Source of the DNA: a virus
Lineage: Duplodnaviria > Caudoviricetes
DNA: 59,445 bases
Virus record (IMG/VR): IMGVR_UViG_3300017727_000011
Coordinates: 1-59,445 of that record
Reading direction: 5' to 3' (one strand)
Position 1 is the first letter of the stretch; each line of letters starts with the position of its first letter. The translations under genes and the position numbers were made by a program. The notes under the pieces are model-generated. The model saw only the letters and a program-made list of their open reading frames with translations, was not told the DNA's origin and did not search any database. Positions 1 through 9,020 of this stretch are shown here, one piece after another.

Positions 1-26
1 CTGCTTGGTTTATTGCCATTTTAATT
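1..26. repeat. Terminal overlap, copy 1 (identical to 59287-59312)
   Basis: ctgcttggtttattgccattttaatt occurs at both ends and contains the start (MAINQA) of the 58862-59305 gene. Confidence 0.95.
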
Positions 27-33
27 GCCCTCC

Positions 34-726
34 TTAGGCTTGGGGATTCGGATCAACAGATCTTAAAGGTATCCTTAAGACTCCGTCAACATACTCATCC
101 CTACGTTTTCTACCCATCTGCTCGTCAGCAAAAACTTTTAAAGCTGATTGATATTTTTGATCATATAATTGCATATCTTGTGTATTTTTCAAGAAGGAAA
201 AAGCTTCAGCAAGACATCCAAATAATAAAACTTCTGGTGCATTATTTGAAATAAATGTGGTTGATGATGTATTTCCAGTTCCATTACCAATACGTTCAGG
301 GCTTTCATTATACCACATTTCAATTGTGTAAACTTGATTAGGGGTAGGAGCTAGAATTAAATTTGTGGCATCCCAATTTGCCCAATATTTAGGTTGACCT
401 GTATCACTGGTTGTAGATCTTTGAACAGAATACTCATCAATAAAAGTAGCGTCTACTTGTTCAATCCAAACCCTATTGTTACTCGAATCAACAAGTTGTA
501 AAGCTCTCGCAAATCTAAACCCACCCTCTGGCCCAGAAACATCTAAAAAAGCATTATTTGCTGTGCAAGTAGTGGTTGCAAATCTTCTTTGATAATCACC
601 ATCAATAGTTCTATCTATTTTATTTTCAGTAGTTGTAATAAAAACGTTAATTATTGTATTAGTAAGAACATCAGAAGTTACTTCTGTATAATCTCTTATG
701 TTTGTTAATAATTCGCTATAGTTCAT
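34..726 (-). CDS. Putative head-tail adaptor / tail tubular protein
   Basis: Start MNYSELL at 726 overlaps the upstream stop (ATGA). G.PKYWA...LAPTP...Y motif typical of podovirus adaptors; structural context. Confidence 0.65.
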   Translation of the reverse strand: MNYSELLTNIRDYTEVTSDVLTNTIINVFITTTENKIDRTIDGDYQRRFATTTCTANNAFLDVSGPEGGFRFARALQLVDSSNNRVWIEQVDATFIDEYSVQRSTTSDTGQPKYWANWDATNLILAPTPNQVYTIEMWYNESPERIGNGTGNTSSTTFISNNAPEVLLFGCLAEAFSFLKNTQDMQLYDQKYQSALKVFADEQMGRKRRDEYVDGVLRIPLRSVDPNPQA

Positions 727-1493
727 GTGCTTATTGAGTTCCCCATACCAGAGTGAACACTGCAATAATAATACAATGTTGGTGCTCCAATTGCTACTGT
801 AATTTGTAGTTCTCTAGAAGAAGCTGAAGCATAATCACTTGTGTAATCAGATTCGGATACATCAGAACCATTTATTCTATATATTACTCCTGTAGAATAA
901 GGTGAACCACCGTTGTGATTTCCATCATCTGTTGTGCTTAAATAAAATGGATGACTAGGAACTGTTCCGCTATCTAAGTTAAATACGTAAGTATCTCCTT
1001 CTGTTAAAGAAAGAGTAGGTCTTTCAACTCCATCAATATAAAAAGCATTTCCTCCACCACTTTTTGATCCCACAGTGACTGTATAAATAGTATCTCCTAC
1101 ACCGGTAGCTTGACCAATTCCAGAACTTGATAGAAGTCCTGTTACTGTAGCTATGACATCAGTATCGTCAGTAATTATGTTTAGAGTACCCGTTCTTGTT
1201 AAAGATAATAATGGTCTACTTATTGTTGATGGTTGCATCCCATTACTATTAAAAAAAGTATCATTTGGATTTCCCGCTACAACTACAACAGCTTGTGGTT
1301 TTTTTGGTCTTGGATTTTCAATTGCTTCAGCATCTGCACTTGAATAAGGTGGTTCTAATTGTGGATGTTTTGGTTCATAACATTCTTGACAGACTTCTAA
1401 TCCATTCCATTCTTTTTGTAATGTTAGGTAGGGATAAGCAAAACCACACCTGTCACAAATCGCTTGTGAAAATTTTCCTACTGCAAAAGACAT
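723..1493 (-). CDS. Virion protein: N-terminal CxxC..CxxC domain fused to a cupredoxin-like C-terminal domain
   Basis: ICDRCGF...VCQECYEPKHPQ at the N-terminus; HPFYLS and LYYYCSVHSGMG at the C-terminus. Confidence 0.6.
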   Translation of the reverse strand: MSFAVGKFSQAICDRCGFAYPYLTLQKEWNGLEVCQECYEPKHPQLEPPYSSADAEAIENPRPKKPQAVVVVAGNPNDTFFNSNGMQPSTISRPLLSLTRTGTLNIITDDTDVIATVTGLLSSSGIGQATGVGDTIYTVTVGSKSGGGNAFYIDGVERPTLSLTEGDTYVFNLDSGTVPSHPFYLSTTDDGNHNGGSPYSTGVIYRINGSDVSESDYTSDYASASSRELQITVAIGAPTLYYYCSVHSGMGNSIST

Positions 1494-2174
1494 TTAAACT
1501 CCTGGATAAAAGTTTTTAGGAACAATATTCACTGAAGTCGATTGACTGTCTTCAGTAATTGCCCTGGCTAACTCTGATTCATATCTTCTTTCAAGTTCAC
1601 CTGATAAAGCAGGATTTACTTCTTGAGATAAATAATATGCAAGTCCACTTACCATACAAGGTAAGAAACGAAAAGGTGCATCAGCAGTGTTTGTATATGC
1701 TCCTACATCTTGTATTCTTCCAACGTACCAATAATTAATTTGTGTGTCTGTGGTTAGAGGTGTTAAGTAAAGATTAATTTCAACATTGGCTAAATTTCTT
1801 CTTACATAATATTGTGTAGGAGTTCCTGTTGATCCTTTATTTGGAATATTCTGATATTCTGATCTTGAAATTTTAGTCATTGTTGTATCAGTAACTGTGC
1901 TTCCTGATGTTTGTCTAAAAACCATTTCTAAAATATCATCTGCATCACTAGGTGCTGTATAAAGAGATGTACTTGCTGTTAAGTTAGCAGTGGTATTTTT
2001 TACTTTCCAAAGTTGATAACCTCTATTAGCCCATTCAGAAAACAACAAATTTAAATTATCTCTAGCAGCATCAAGATCATATCCTGTACGCATAGAACGA
2101 CCTGCTCTACGATAAGCACGTTCAATTACTCTATCTATATTAAGATTAAAATCTGTTGTTCCTGAAGTAGCCAT
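1494..2174 (-). CDS. Putative head-to-tail adaptor protein
   Basis: MATSGTTDF..., LNLLFSEWANRG, GTPTQYY motifs; located in the structural module. Confidence 0.65.
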   Translation of the reverse strand: MATSGTTDFNLNIDRVIERAYRRAGRSMRTGYDLDAARDNLNLLFSEWANRGYQLWKVKNTTANLTASTSLYTAPSDADDILEMVFRQTSGSTVTDTTMTKISRSEYQNIPNKGSTGTPTQYYVRRNLANVEINLYLTPLTTDTQINYWYVGRIQDVGAYTNTADAPFRFLPCMVSGLAYYLSQEVNPALSGELERRYESELARAITEDSQSTSVNIVPKNFYPGV

Positions 2175-2177
2175 AAA

Positions 2178-2309
2178 TTATTTTTTCTTTTTCGTTGTTT
2201 TTTTTGTTTTCTTTTTTGTGACTTGTTTCTTCTTAGCCATTCCGCCACCACGCATTTTTAACATTCCGCCACCACGCATTTTTACAACATTTTTCTTTTT
2301 GCCCATCAT
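2178..2309 (-). CDS. Small Lys-rich protein with two MRGGG motifs (43 aa, not in ORF track)
   Basis: MMGKKKNVVKMRGGGMLKMRGGGMAKKKQVTKKKTKKTTKKKK; AGGAG RBS; ATGA coupling to the upstream gene. Confidence 0.75.
   Translation of the reverse strand: MMGKKKNVVKMRGGGMLKMRGGGMAKKKQVTKKKTKKTTKKKK
2238..2284. repeat. Tandem repeat, 23 bp x2, period 24
   Basis: cattccgccaccacgcattttta at 2238-2260 and 2262-2284. Confidence 0.95.
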
Positions 2310-2893
2310 TTTTTAGCTCCTTTGTTTAGCTGTTCATATAACATTTGTCTATTTTTCACTACATCATTATAATAGTCTTTTGGCCATAACTTATAATAAC
2401 CCATTTTATGTAATTTAACAGAAGCATAATATAATTGCGAGAACTTTTGTACAAGCATCATTGAGTACTCTAAATCAGATTTAGGTAAACTTTCTCTGTC
2501 TCCATTAGGTTCTACTAAAAAAGCTTGATCCTCATCATTTGCAGGATTCCTAGGATGAAATCCCATAAAATACAAATCTTTTTTATTATATTTGTTGTTA
2601 AAACGATCTACTTTAGTTTGAAATTTGTTCAATGAATATTCTTTAAAAGACAAATCACAGAATATTAATATTTCTTTTTTATTCCAATTTATTTCTTTTA
2701 TCTTGTTATTTAAGTTTCTTGTATAACCTTTTTCAATATTTCTTACATCTATTACTACTTTTTCATCTTTCCAAGCTTGTTTTGCGAAAGGACAAGCTGG
2801 CATTTTATTAAGATGTACGTTTGGTATTTCGAGATACTCTCTACTCCAAATCCTTAGATCTTCAGTGATTAGTTTAAGATTGTGTTTTTTCAC
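2306..2893 (-). CDS. DUF1415-like hypothetical protein
   Basis: CPFA and FHP motifs. Confidence 0.5.
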   Translation of the reverse strand: MKKHNLKLITEDLRIWSREYLEIPNVHLNKMPACPFAKQAWKDEKVVIDVRNIEKGYTRNLNNKIKEINWNKKEILIFCDLSFKEYSLNKFQTKVDRFNNKYNKKDLYFMGFHPRNPANDEDQAFLVEPNGDRESLPKSDLEYSMMLVQKFSQLYYASVKLHKMGYYKLWPKDYYNDVVKNRQMLYEQLNKGAKK

Positions 2894-3143
2894 TCAAAGC
2901 AATACCCATTTCCTCTGCTTTTTTAATTCTAGCAGAGATGGGTAAATTAATAAACCCTGTTCTCAAATCGAAAAATTTATCTGCCCACTTTGCTAATCTT
3001 TCAGTTAAAAAATTAATGTGTAAATCTTTTTCTTTCAATTGATCATCTTTCCTTGAATTTTCACCAAGAATTTTATTAATTTGTCTTTTTAAATCTTTAT
3101 TTTCTTTTTTCAAACGTGAAAAATCTTCTTCTTTCGGTGTCAT
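2874..3143 (-). CDS. Hypothetical coiled-coil protein
   Basis: ORF with RBS, packed between co-oriented genes. Confidence 0.6.
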   Translation of the reverse strand: MTPKEEDFSRLKKENKDLKRQINKILGENSRKDDQLKEKDLHINFLTERLAKWADKFFDLRTGFINLPISARIKKAEEMGIALSEKTQS

Positions 3144-3158
3144 ATAAAACCTTTCTTC

Positions 3159-3383
3159 TTAATATTCTTTATAGTTTTTAATTAAAAATTCTTCCATCCA
3201 AGCCATTTTTTCATCAATTGCTTGAATTTGGACTTTTATAACAGCTAGATCTTGTTGCATTTTTGCAACACTATCTGCTTTAACTTCTACTGCATTTAAA
3301 CGTTCTGACCACATGCCCCATGTCATGGCTAATGTGCCAAATAGCACTAGATAGGGTAATACTGTTTTAATTTCTAGTTTCAT
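3159..3383 (-). CDS. Small membrane protein (N-terminal TM + coiled coil)
   Basis: VLPYLVLFGTLAMTWGMW followed by a heptad-rich segment. Confidence 0.7.
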   Translation of the reverse strand: MKLEIKTVLPYLVLFGTLAMTWGMWSERLNAVEVKADSVAKMQQDLAVIKVQIQAIDEKMAWMEEFLIKNYKEY

Positions 3384-3841
3384 TTTGTTTTAGCACTCAT
3401 ATTGTTTAAAGGGTTATTTAAAGCCTTATTAATTTGTAAGTCAAGGCTTTCTTCAATGAGCTTTAACTCATCAAATACTTCTCTTGTATCTTCTTTTTGT
3501 CTATCTTCCACGTCATTCACAATTTCGGTTATGTGTCGAATATCATTAGATTGTTGACGTAAATCAGCCTTCATATCTGAACGCATATCACGTGCCACAT
3601 CACTGATTATGGTAATTTCGTCCAATATTATATCTAGTTCTGATTTTAAAACTGCTATTTCTTCATCATATTTAGATAGATCGGGAGCTGTATACTCCAA
3701 AACTTTGGCGGTTAGGTCTTGATAATTTTTCCAAAATTCAAAGACTGCCCAAGCACCACTACCTAGGGCACCTAATAGTGTAAGAATAGCGAAAGCTTTA
3801 CCTCCACTTACCTTTAAACCCGAATATTCAATACTGGGCAT
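3380..3841 (-). CDS. Membrane-anchored coiled-coil protein (i-spanin-like architecture)
   Basis: TM segment AFAILTLLGALGSGAWAVF followed by a long coiled coil. Confidence 0.6.
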   Translation of the reverse strand: MPSIEYSGLKVSGGKAFAILTLLGALGSGAWAVFEFWKNYQDLTAKVLEYTAPDLSKYDEEIAVLKSELDIILDEITIISDVARDMRSDMKADLRQQSNDIRHITEIVNDVEDRQKEDTREVFDELKLIEESLDLQINKALNNPLNNMSAKTK

Positions 3842-5279
3842 CTATCATCTCCTGAATTGTATTTTCCTGTGCCATTTCGAACAACATACCATACTGGTCT
3901 TCTATTGTCTTGTTTAAATATTCAGTAACGTTTGTGTCTTGTATGTATGACTGAGTATCAAAAAACGATTTTGTATTACCTAGTATTTGCATGACAATCA
4001 ATGTTTTTGTTTGAGCAGCATCATCATATCTTGCTTTGTCATCAATCTTTTTAACTATTTTAGTTGCTGCTTTTTCTTTAGCAGTAGGTTCTTTCTTAGG
4101 CTCTTCTTTTTTAGGTTCTTTCTTAGGCTCTTCCTTGGGTTCTTCTACCTCTTCAACCTTTTCTATTTCTTTAGGTGCTTCCTCAGGTTCTTTTATTTCT
4201 TCAACTTCTTCTTTGGGTTCTTCTACAGTTTCAACTTCAGGTTCAGGTTCAGGAATTTCTAACTCTAATTCCATTTCCATTTCTAATTCTAGCTCAATCT
4301 CTAATTCTTGCATTTCCATTTCAATCTCTGGAATCTCTGCTTTAAAATCTAATTCTAGTTCTACCATTTCTATTTCAACAGTTTCATAAGTGACTTCTTC
4401 GTATTCTTCTTCTATAGGTGCAAATTCTATATTACCTTCATCATTGGTTGTAATATCATTAAACTCAAATACTTCCTCTGCAAAATCTAACTCTGTTGAA
4501 TTAAATAAATTCAAATAAACTATTTCTTCTACTGAAGTTATCTGCTGTGTTATTATGGTGTCGATAACATTATAGAACACGTTAAGAGATACTGAATCAA
4601 AGACTGGTCCTACCGCTAGATTGACATCACGTCCACCAATTTCTATGGTGACTCTATTTAAAACGCCACTGAAATCGAAAGTGCCGTCATAAGACTGGTA
4701 TCCACTTGATATTCCAGATTCAGACAAGATATCAGTTCCTGTAAAGACTTGGCTACTTCCGTTAAGCCCTGTAATGTGCATGTATATTCTATCTTCAGCA
4801 TCCTGCTTATCTACCTCAATTGAGTATTTAACTTGACCACCCTTATCTATTTGTAAATCTGATAGATTAACATTTTGAATAAAGGTTGTTCCCATACCTT
4901 CAACTCCCATATTAGAAGTTGTGTTTCCACTACCTGTAATCTCTGCACATGTATCTGTGCCTAATCCGTAACAAGCATTTCCTGATCGCATACTAGCAGG
5001 CCCTTCACCACCCCAATCTTGAGACATATCAGGTAAGTTTAAAACATTACCAGAATCTTTGTTAGTGACTGTTACTGTTGTTGTGGTTTTGGTAGTCGTT
5101 GTTGTTGTAACAATTTCTGTACCTTTATCTTCTTCTATTTTGTCAATTTGTGTATCTTCTGTGATTGTGACTCCTGGAGTACAAAGTCCTTCAGTATCAG
5201 GTAGACAGTCTGCTTTAGAATAAAATGATACCAGTAAGAACAACAAGCATAGCTTTGTAAAGAGCAACGTTTTGTACAT
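3828..5279 (-). CDS. Exported acidic protein with EP/KEP-repeat linker
   Basis: Signal-peptide-like N-terminus; Glu-rich region and EEPKEEPKKEPKKEEPKKEP. Confidence 0.7.
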   Translation of the reverse strand: MYKTLLFTKLCLLFLLVSFYSKADCLPDTEGLCTPGVTITEDTQIDKIEEDKGTEIVTTTTTTKTTTTVTVTNKDSGNVLNLPDMSQDWGGEGPASMRSGNACYGLGTDTCAEITGSGNTTSNMGVEGMGTTFIQNVNLSDLQIDKGGQVKYSIEVDKQDAEDRIYMHITGLNGSSQVFTGTDILSESGISSGYQSYDGTFDFSGVLNRVTIEIGGRDVNLAVGPVFDSVSLNVFYNVIDTIITQQITSVEEIVYLNLFNSTELDFAEEVFEFNDITTNDEGNIEFAPIEEEYEEVTYETVEIEMVELELDFKAEIPEIEMEMQELEIELELEMEMELELEIPEPEPEVETVEEPKEEVEEIKEPEEAPKEIEKVEEVEEPKEEPKKEPKKEEPKKEPTAKEKAATKIVKKIDDKARYDDAAQTKTLIVMQILGNTKSFFDTQSYIQDTNVTEYLNKTIEDQYGMLFEMAQENTIQEMIDAQY

Positions 5280-5760
5280 CTGTAAACTCCTCTGTTTCTG
5301 GTTTATTTGCTGTTAGATATTCTTCTCTATATCGAGAGCCCTCAGGGATCTCCTCTGGGTTTTCTTCCCAATAAGCGGCAGCTTCCGCTCCAATCAAACC
5401 TTGTACAGGACACGGGGTTCCTGCATCTGTCATGGCTGTCCAAGTACGATGGTCTTGACATAGTAGACTCACCGCAGCGACTTTCATACCGTAGGAATAA
5501 AGTGCCCTACTGGTGCGAACACGCTCACAAAATTCGTCTGTGATGACGTAACCTGTAGCTACTCCTAAAATATTATTTTGCACACTTCCTCCAATCCCAA
5601 CTTTACAAATATCATTATTATTATTGAGAATAGTCGGTGCGCTTGCTGTTGAAGGCGAGTTATTTAAAACTGTTGAGGATACGGTGTTGGTATTTGCTCT
5701 TGTGTCCGTTGCCACTGCTATTGCAGTAAAAAAGAATAATATAATTGCAAGTTGTTTCAT
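5215..5760 (-). CDS. Exported protein with C-terminal TM segment
   Basis: MKQLAIILFFFTAIAVA signal peptide, four Cys, hydrophobic C-terminus; TAATG coupling at 5760. Confidence 0.7.
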   Translation of the reverse strand: MKQLAIILFFFTAIAVATDTRANTNTVSSTVLNNSPSTASAPTILNNNNDICKVGIGGSVQNNILGVATGYVITDEFCERVRTSRALYSYGMKVAAVSLLCQDHRTWTAMTDAGTPCPVQGLIGAEAAAYWEENPEEIPEGSRYREEYLTANKPETEEFTDVQNVALYKAMLVVLTGIILF

Positions 5761-5837
5761 TACGCACCACAACTATCACATTCATCATCGCATATACAAG
5801 GATTACATCCACATGCTATACAATTATTATTTAACAT
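5760..5837 (-). CDS. Cys-rich micropeptide (25 aa, not in ORF track)
   Basis: MLNNNCIACGCNPCICDDECDSCGA; fills the gap and overlaps both neighbouring genes. Confidence 0.6.
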   Translation of the reverse strand: MLNNNCIACGCNPCICDDECDSCGA

Positions 5838-6106
5838 CTCCATCTTTTCCTCGCTTGTCTTAGTCTTGAATTTGGATCTTTAGCTGCTTTAGGAAATTGT
5901 TTCATTTGACCAGCAGATCTAGCACAGTAAGATTTTCTTCTCTTTGCAGCTTTACTTCCGGGCTTCACTTTTCCAGTGACTGCTGTCTTTAATTTAGAAC
6001 CAGGATTGTCTCTTCTATATTTAGCAACTCCTGCTTTAGTCATTCCCGCCCCACTTTTTGTGGAGCGGAAATATTTTTTAGTTTTTGGTGGTTGCTTATC
6101 AGCCAT
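5831..6106 (-). CDS. Small basic protein, DUF6321-like
   Basis: NPGSKLKTAVTG...RRKSYCARSAG...DPNSRLRQARKRWRC; start at 6106 by TAATG coupling. Confidence 0.65.
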   Translation of the reverse strand: MADKQPPKTKKYFRSTKSGAGMTKAGVAKYRRDNPGSKLKTAVTGKVKPGSKAAKRRKSYCARSAGQMKQFPKAAKDPNSRLRQARKRWRC

Positions 6107-6378
6107 TATCCAAAGATACAAGTAAGTGATGTAACATTAGTTAATGTGGCATGAATATTTTTTTGAAATCTCATACCAAAATCTCCAATATATGTGTCAA
6201 TTACTGTAGTAGCAGAAGCAGGAGTATCTAGATCCAACAAAGTTGCACCAGTGCTTGAGTCTTTCAATACTATGCTACCTGCAGTGCCTCCACAAACGGC
6301 ATGGATTGCAATTAGTCTGGCTGAGCCAGTAGTGACATCACCTGTTCCAGTTACTTTAGCAGATCTAAAATTTAACAT
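6106..6378 (-). CDS. Small putative virion protein
   Basis: Beta-rich ORF with AGGAG RBS, downstream of capsid genes. Confidence 0.6.
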   Translation of the reverse strand: MLNFRSAKVTGTGDVTTGSARLIAIHAVCGGTAGSIVLKDSSTGATLLDLDTPASATTVIDTYIGDFGMRFQKNIHATLTNVTSLTCIFG

Positions 6379-6388
6379 ATTTTACTCC

Positions 6389-6865
6389 TTACGCAGGTAC
6401 ATCGCCAGCAAGTGCTATTGAATTATTTTGTAAATATTTCACAGTCACTGTTGCAGCACCTGTTGTTGCATCGCCACTAGCTCCTGTAAAATCAGCTACC
6501 ACTTGAATATCAGTTGTGCCAATATTTGTAGCTTCCGTGTCAAGAGTACCATAAGTAGTACCTAATGCCTTAGCGTTTGCAGCGTCAATAAAAGCATTAG
6601 CATCATCTATCGTTCCTACTGAAACAGTTGCAGCACCAGAGTCATTATTTACTGTGGTTACATTTAATACCACATCAGTGATTTGTGAGTTTGCAGGAAT
6701 TGTTGCTATCACTTGGTTTAAGTGAGAAGCACCAATAACATCAACAATTGCTGATTGTGCCATTACAACAAAACCAGTGTTTTTTACATTAGTTCCTAAA
6801 GTGGTTCCTATTGTGTCTTTAATCGTTCCAGCTTTTACTGGACCCGAAAATGTAGTTGTTCCCAT
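6389..6865 (-). CDS. Putative capsid decoration protein
   Basis: MGTTTFSGPVKAG start; directly after the major capsid gene; strong RBS. Confidence 0.6.
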   Translation of the reverse strand: MGTTTFSGPVKAGTIKDTIGTTLGTNVKNTGFVVMAQSAIVDVIGASHLNQVIATIPANSQITDVVLNVTTVNNDSGAATVSVGTIDDANAFIDAANAKALGTTYGTLDTEATNIGTTDIQVVADFTGASGDATTGAATVTVKYLQNNSIALAGDVPA

Positions 6866-6929
6866 GTCTATCTCCTTTTGTTAATAGTCCCCGAAGGGTC
6901 ATAGGGTTAATAAAGTTTTATTTTTGCAT

Positions 6930-6961
6930 AAAAAAAGGGCGGAGTCAAAGACAACCGCCCC
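6930..6961 (-). terminator. Intrinsic terminator after the major capsid gene
   Basis: GGGCGG...CCGCCC stem followed by a T-run on the minus strand. Confidence 0.8.
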
Positions 6962-6987
6962 TTAAATTACCTTGAAAGGATTATTTA

Positions 6988-7911
6988 TTATGCACCAGAT
7001 GTACCAAATACACAACGAGGATCTGAAAAGCCGAAGCTATATCTTTCTCTTGCTTTGTATTTCATATTACCTGTTTCAAAATCACCTTCCATTGCAGTTG
7101 TTAATGGAGTTCTTACGAAATGCTTGAAACCATTAGGAGAGTCAGTTTTAATATAGAATGCATCTGTATCAGTTAAGTAGTGATTTACTACATAACCTTC
7201 TGGAATCATATTCATATTCCTTAATGCATTTATATCATTATCTGCTGTTCCTACTCTGTTTGGTGAGCTTAAGACTCTATCAGCTACAAATTGAGATTGA
7301 ACTGGAATAATCAGTTTTCTACCTCTAGTTGCAATTAATAGTCCTCTTTCATCAACAAACTGAGAGATGTCAATCAATGCCTGCTCTAATGAGGCTTCGT
7401 TGAGGTCAGCGTCAACAGCAAGTCTGTTTGAGAAATCACCGCCTAATGCTGTTGGGTGTTGTGTATTAATAAGTGACACACCATCACCACCAGGATTAGT
7501 TCCTGCTGCTCCACCTGCTGCAAAAGCAGTGTTTAACACATCAGCTGCTTTGATCTGCTTTGTATAAGCCATTGATCGAGCTAGTGCACGAGTATATCTT
7601 GCTGACAGTCTGTCATAAAGATTATCTTCCACTGCTTCTTCTGTTATAGCAAACGCTAACGCAATTGTTTCGTGTGTATAACGAGCTGTGAATGACTCTT
7701 GTGCTGAATCAAAAGTAACTGATGCACCTTCAGCTTTAGTTCTTGCGTTACCAAAGCCTACGAGCATCTGCTCTTCTTCAAAAGCTCTCTCTGATGCTTC
7801 TTGATCAAAGATTTCAGCGTGTTCATTTTCGTACTTATCGTACTCAAGGCCAAACAGTGCGTTTAACCCTGGCTCTAGTTCTTTAACTAGTTGTTGTCTT
7901 GATATTGCCAT
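6988..7911 (-). CDS. Major capsid protein
   Basis: MAISRQQLVKELEPGLNALFGLEY...KARERYSFGFSDPR; followed by a terminator. Confidence 0.9.
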   Translation of the reverse strand: MAISRQQLVKELEPGLNALFGLEYDKYENEHAEIFDQEASERAFEEEQMLVGFGNARTKAEGASVTFDSAQESFTARYTHETIALAFAITEEAVEDNLYDRLSARYTRALARSMAYTKQIKAADVLNTAFAAGGAAGTNPGGDGVSLINTQHPTALGGDFSNRLAVDADLNEASLEQALIDISQFVDERGLLIATRGRKLIIPVQSQFVADRVLSSPNRVGTADNDINALRNMNMIPEGYVVNHYLTDTDAFYIKTDSPNGFKHFVRTPLTTAMEGDFETGNMKYKARERYSFGFSDPRCVFGTSGA

Positions 7912-7926
7912 AGTTTAACCTCCTGT

Positions 7927-8505
7927 TTATACGCCTGTAGTATCAGTTAAAGAGTGCTTGTTTATTTTAACAATAATTGAAGCATTAGCTGCTGTATAAT
8001 CATTGTTATCTACATCAGTAGATAAACTTACTACTCTGAAGTTTGCTGCATTTGAAGTAGCAAAAGTACTACCATCAAGAGAAACCCCTGATACACCGTT
8101 GTTAGTTGAACCAGCTGCATAGGTTGCAATGTTTGCATTACTTCCTACTTGTGCTTGCCCGCCATTTGTATCGTCAATCTTTGCTTCGAAAAGCATGTTT
8201 GGATCATCGAATACAAAAGCTTGCATGTTAGTTTGTGTTACGCCCCCTGGATAGAAATTTGAGAAGGTTGGTTTTTTAGTTGTTGGATCATCATAGAAAC
8301 AACCGTTAAAAATCCCTATCAACTCTGCTCCAGCAGTCGAACCTACAGAGATAGAACCATTTGCATTTAATACAACTGGATCACCCTGAAATATAGCAGA
8401 GGATTCACCGCTTGCGATTGAGTACTCGTTAGAACCTATAGCGGTATAACCAGCACCTACGCCTTTGACGGGTCTGAATCCAAATACACTATTTATATTT
8501 GCCAT
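7927..8505 (-). CDS. Putative minor capsid / cement protein
   Basis: MAN...FGFRPV, IFQGDPV, DDPN motifs; immediately upstream of the major capsid gene. Confidence 0.6.
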   Translation of the reverse strand: MANINSVFGFRPVKGVGAGYTAIGSNEYSIASGESSAIFQGDPVVLNANGSISVGSTAGAELIGIFNGCFYDDPTTKKPTFSNFYPGGVTQTNMQAFVFDDPNMLFEAKIDDTNGGQAQVGSNANIATYAAGSTNNGVSGVSLDGSTFATSNAANFRVVSLSTDVDNNDYTAANASIIVKINKHSLTDTTGV

Positions 8506-8549
8506 TTTTGACTCCTTTAGTCTTAGTTGTTAATAACCAACTTTTAGAC

Positions 8550-9020
8550 TTAAGATTTTTTATTCTTCGGTCCAAAAGTCACATTACTTTGCCTCTCCGC
8601 TTGGATAGGCATACTAGGGTGTTCGTCTCGATATATATCATTTTCCACTGATTCTTTTTGTCCTTGAGTTTGACGCAAGAAATATTCTTCTCGGTCTTCT
8701 TTTACTTCTATAGGACACCTCATCAGTATCAAACCACCTACTCCAATTACGCCCTTATATCTACCGTCTTCATATTTTGGTAGATCGTTTCTGTCTGGAT
8801 ACTGGTCAGCCCTAACGAACTCATATCCAGAACGAATTCTTCCCATGACATTTTTGTCATCAGCAAGTCCTCGTGTTTCAGCTCTGATCCATCTGTGGTG
8901 CCAACCTTCAGGTGGTTCAGGGGCTTCAAGTGATGATGGAGGAACCCAACCTCTTTTACGAACAGTTTTTTCACGGGTCTCTGAAGAGCGTGAAGTCTTT
9001 TTTACATCTTTATTTTCCAT
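8550..9020 (-). CDS. Conserved head-module protein
   Basis: WVPPSSLEAP..GWHHRWIR...GVGGLILM; lies between scaffold and capsid genes. Confidence 0.6.
   Translation of the reverse strand: MENKDVKKTSRSSETREKTVRKRGWVPPSSLEAPEPPEGWHHRWIRAETRGLADDKNVMGRIRSGYEFVRADQYPDRNDLPKYEDGRYKGVIGVGGLILMRCPIEVKEDREEYFLRQTQGQKESVENDIYRDEHPSMPIQAERQSNVTFGPKNKKS

Noticed and set aside
3987-4389. Plus-strand Phe/Ser-rich ORFs, and similar antisense ORFs across the window
   Set aside because: They are shadows of Glu/Lys-rich or otherwise well-supported minus-strand genes.
6889-6898. CCC-UUCG-GGG hairpin before the 6865 gene as a riboswitch
   Set aside because: Too short; at most an mRNA-stabilising tetraloop.
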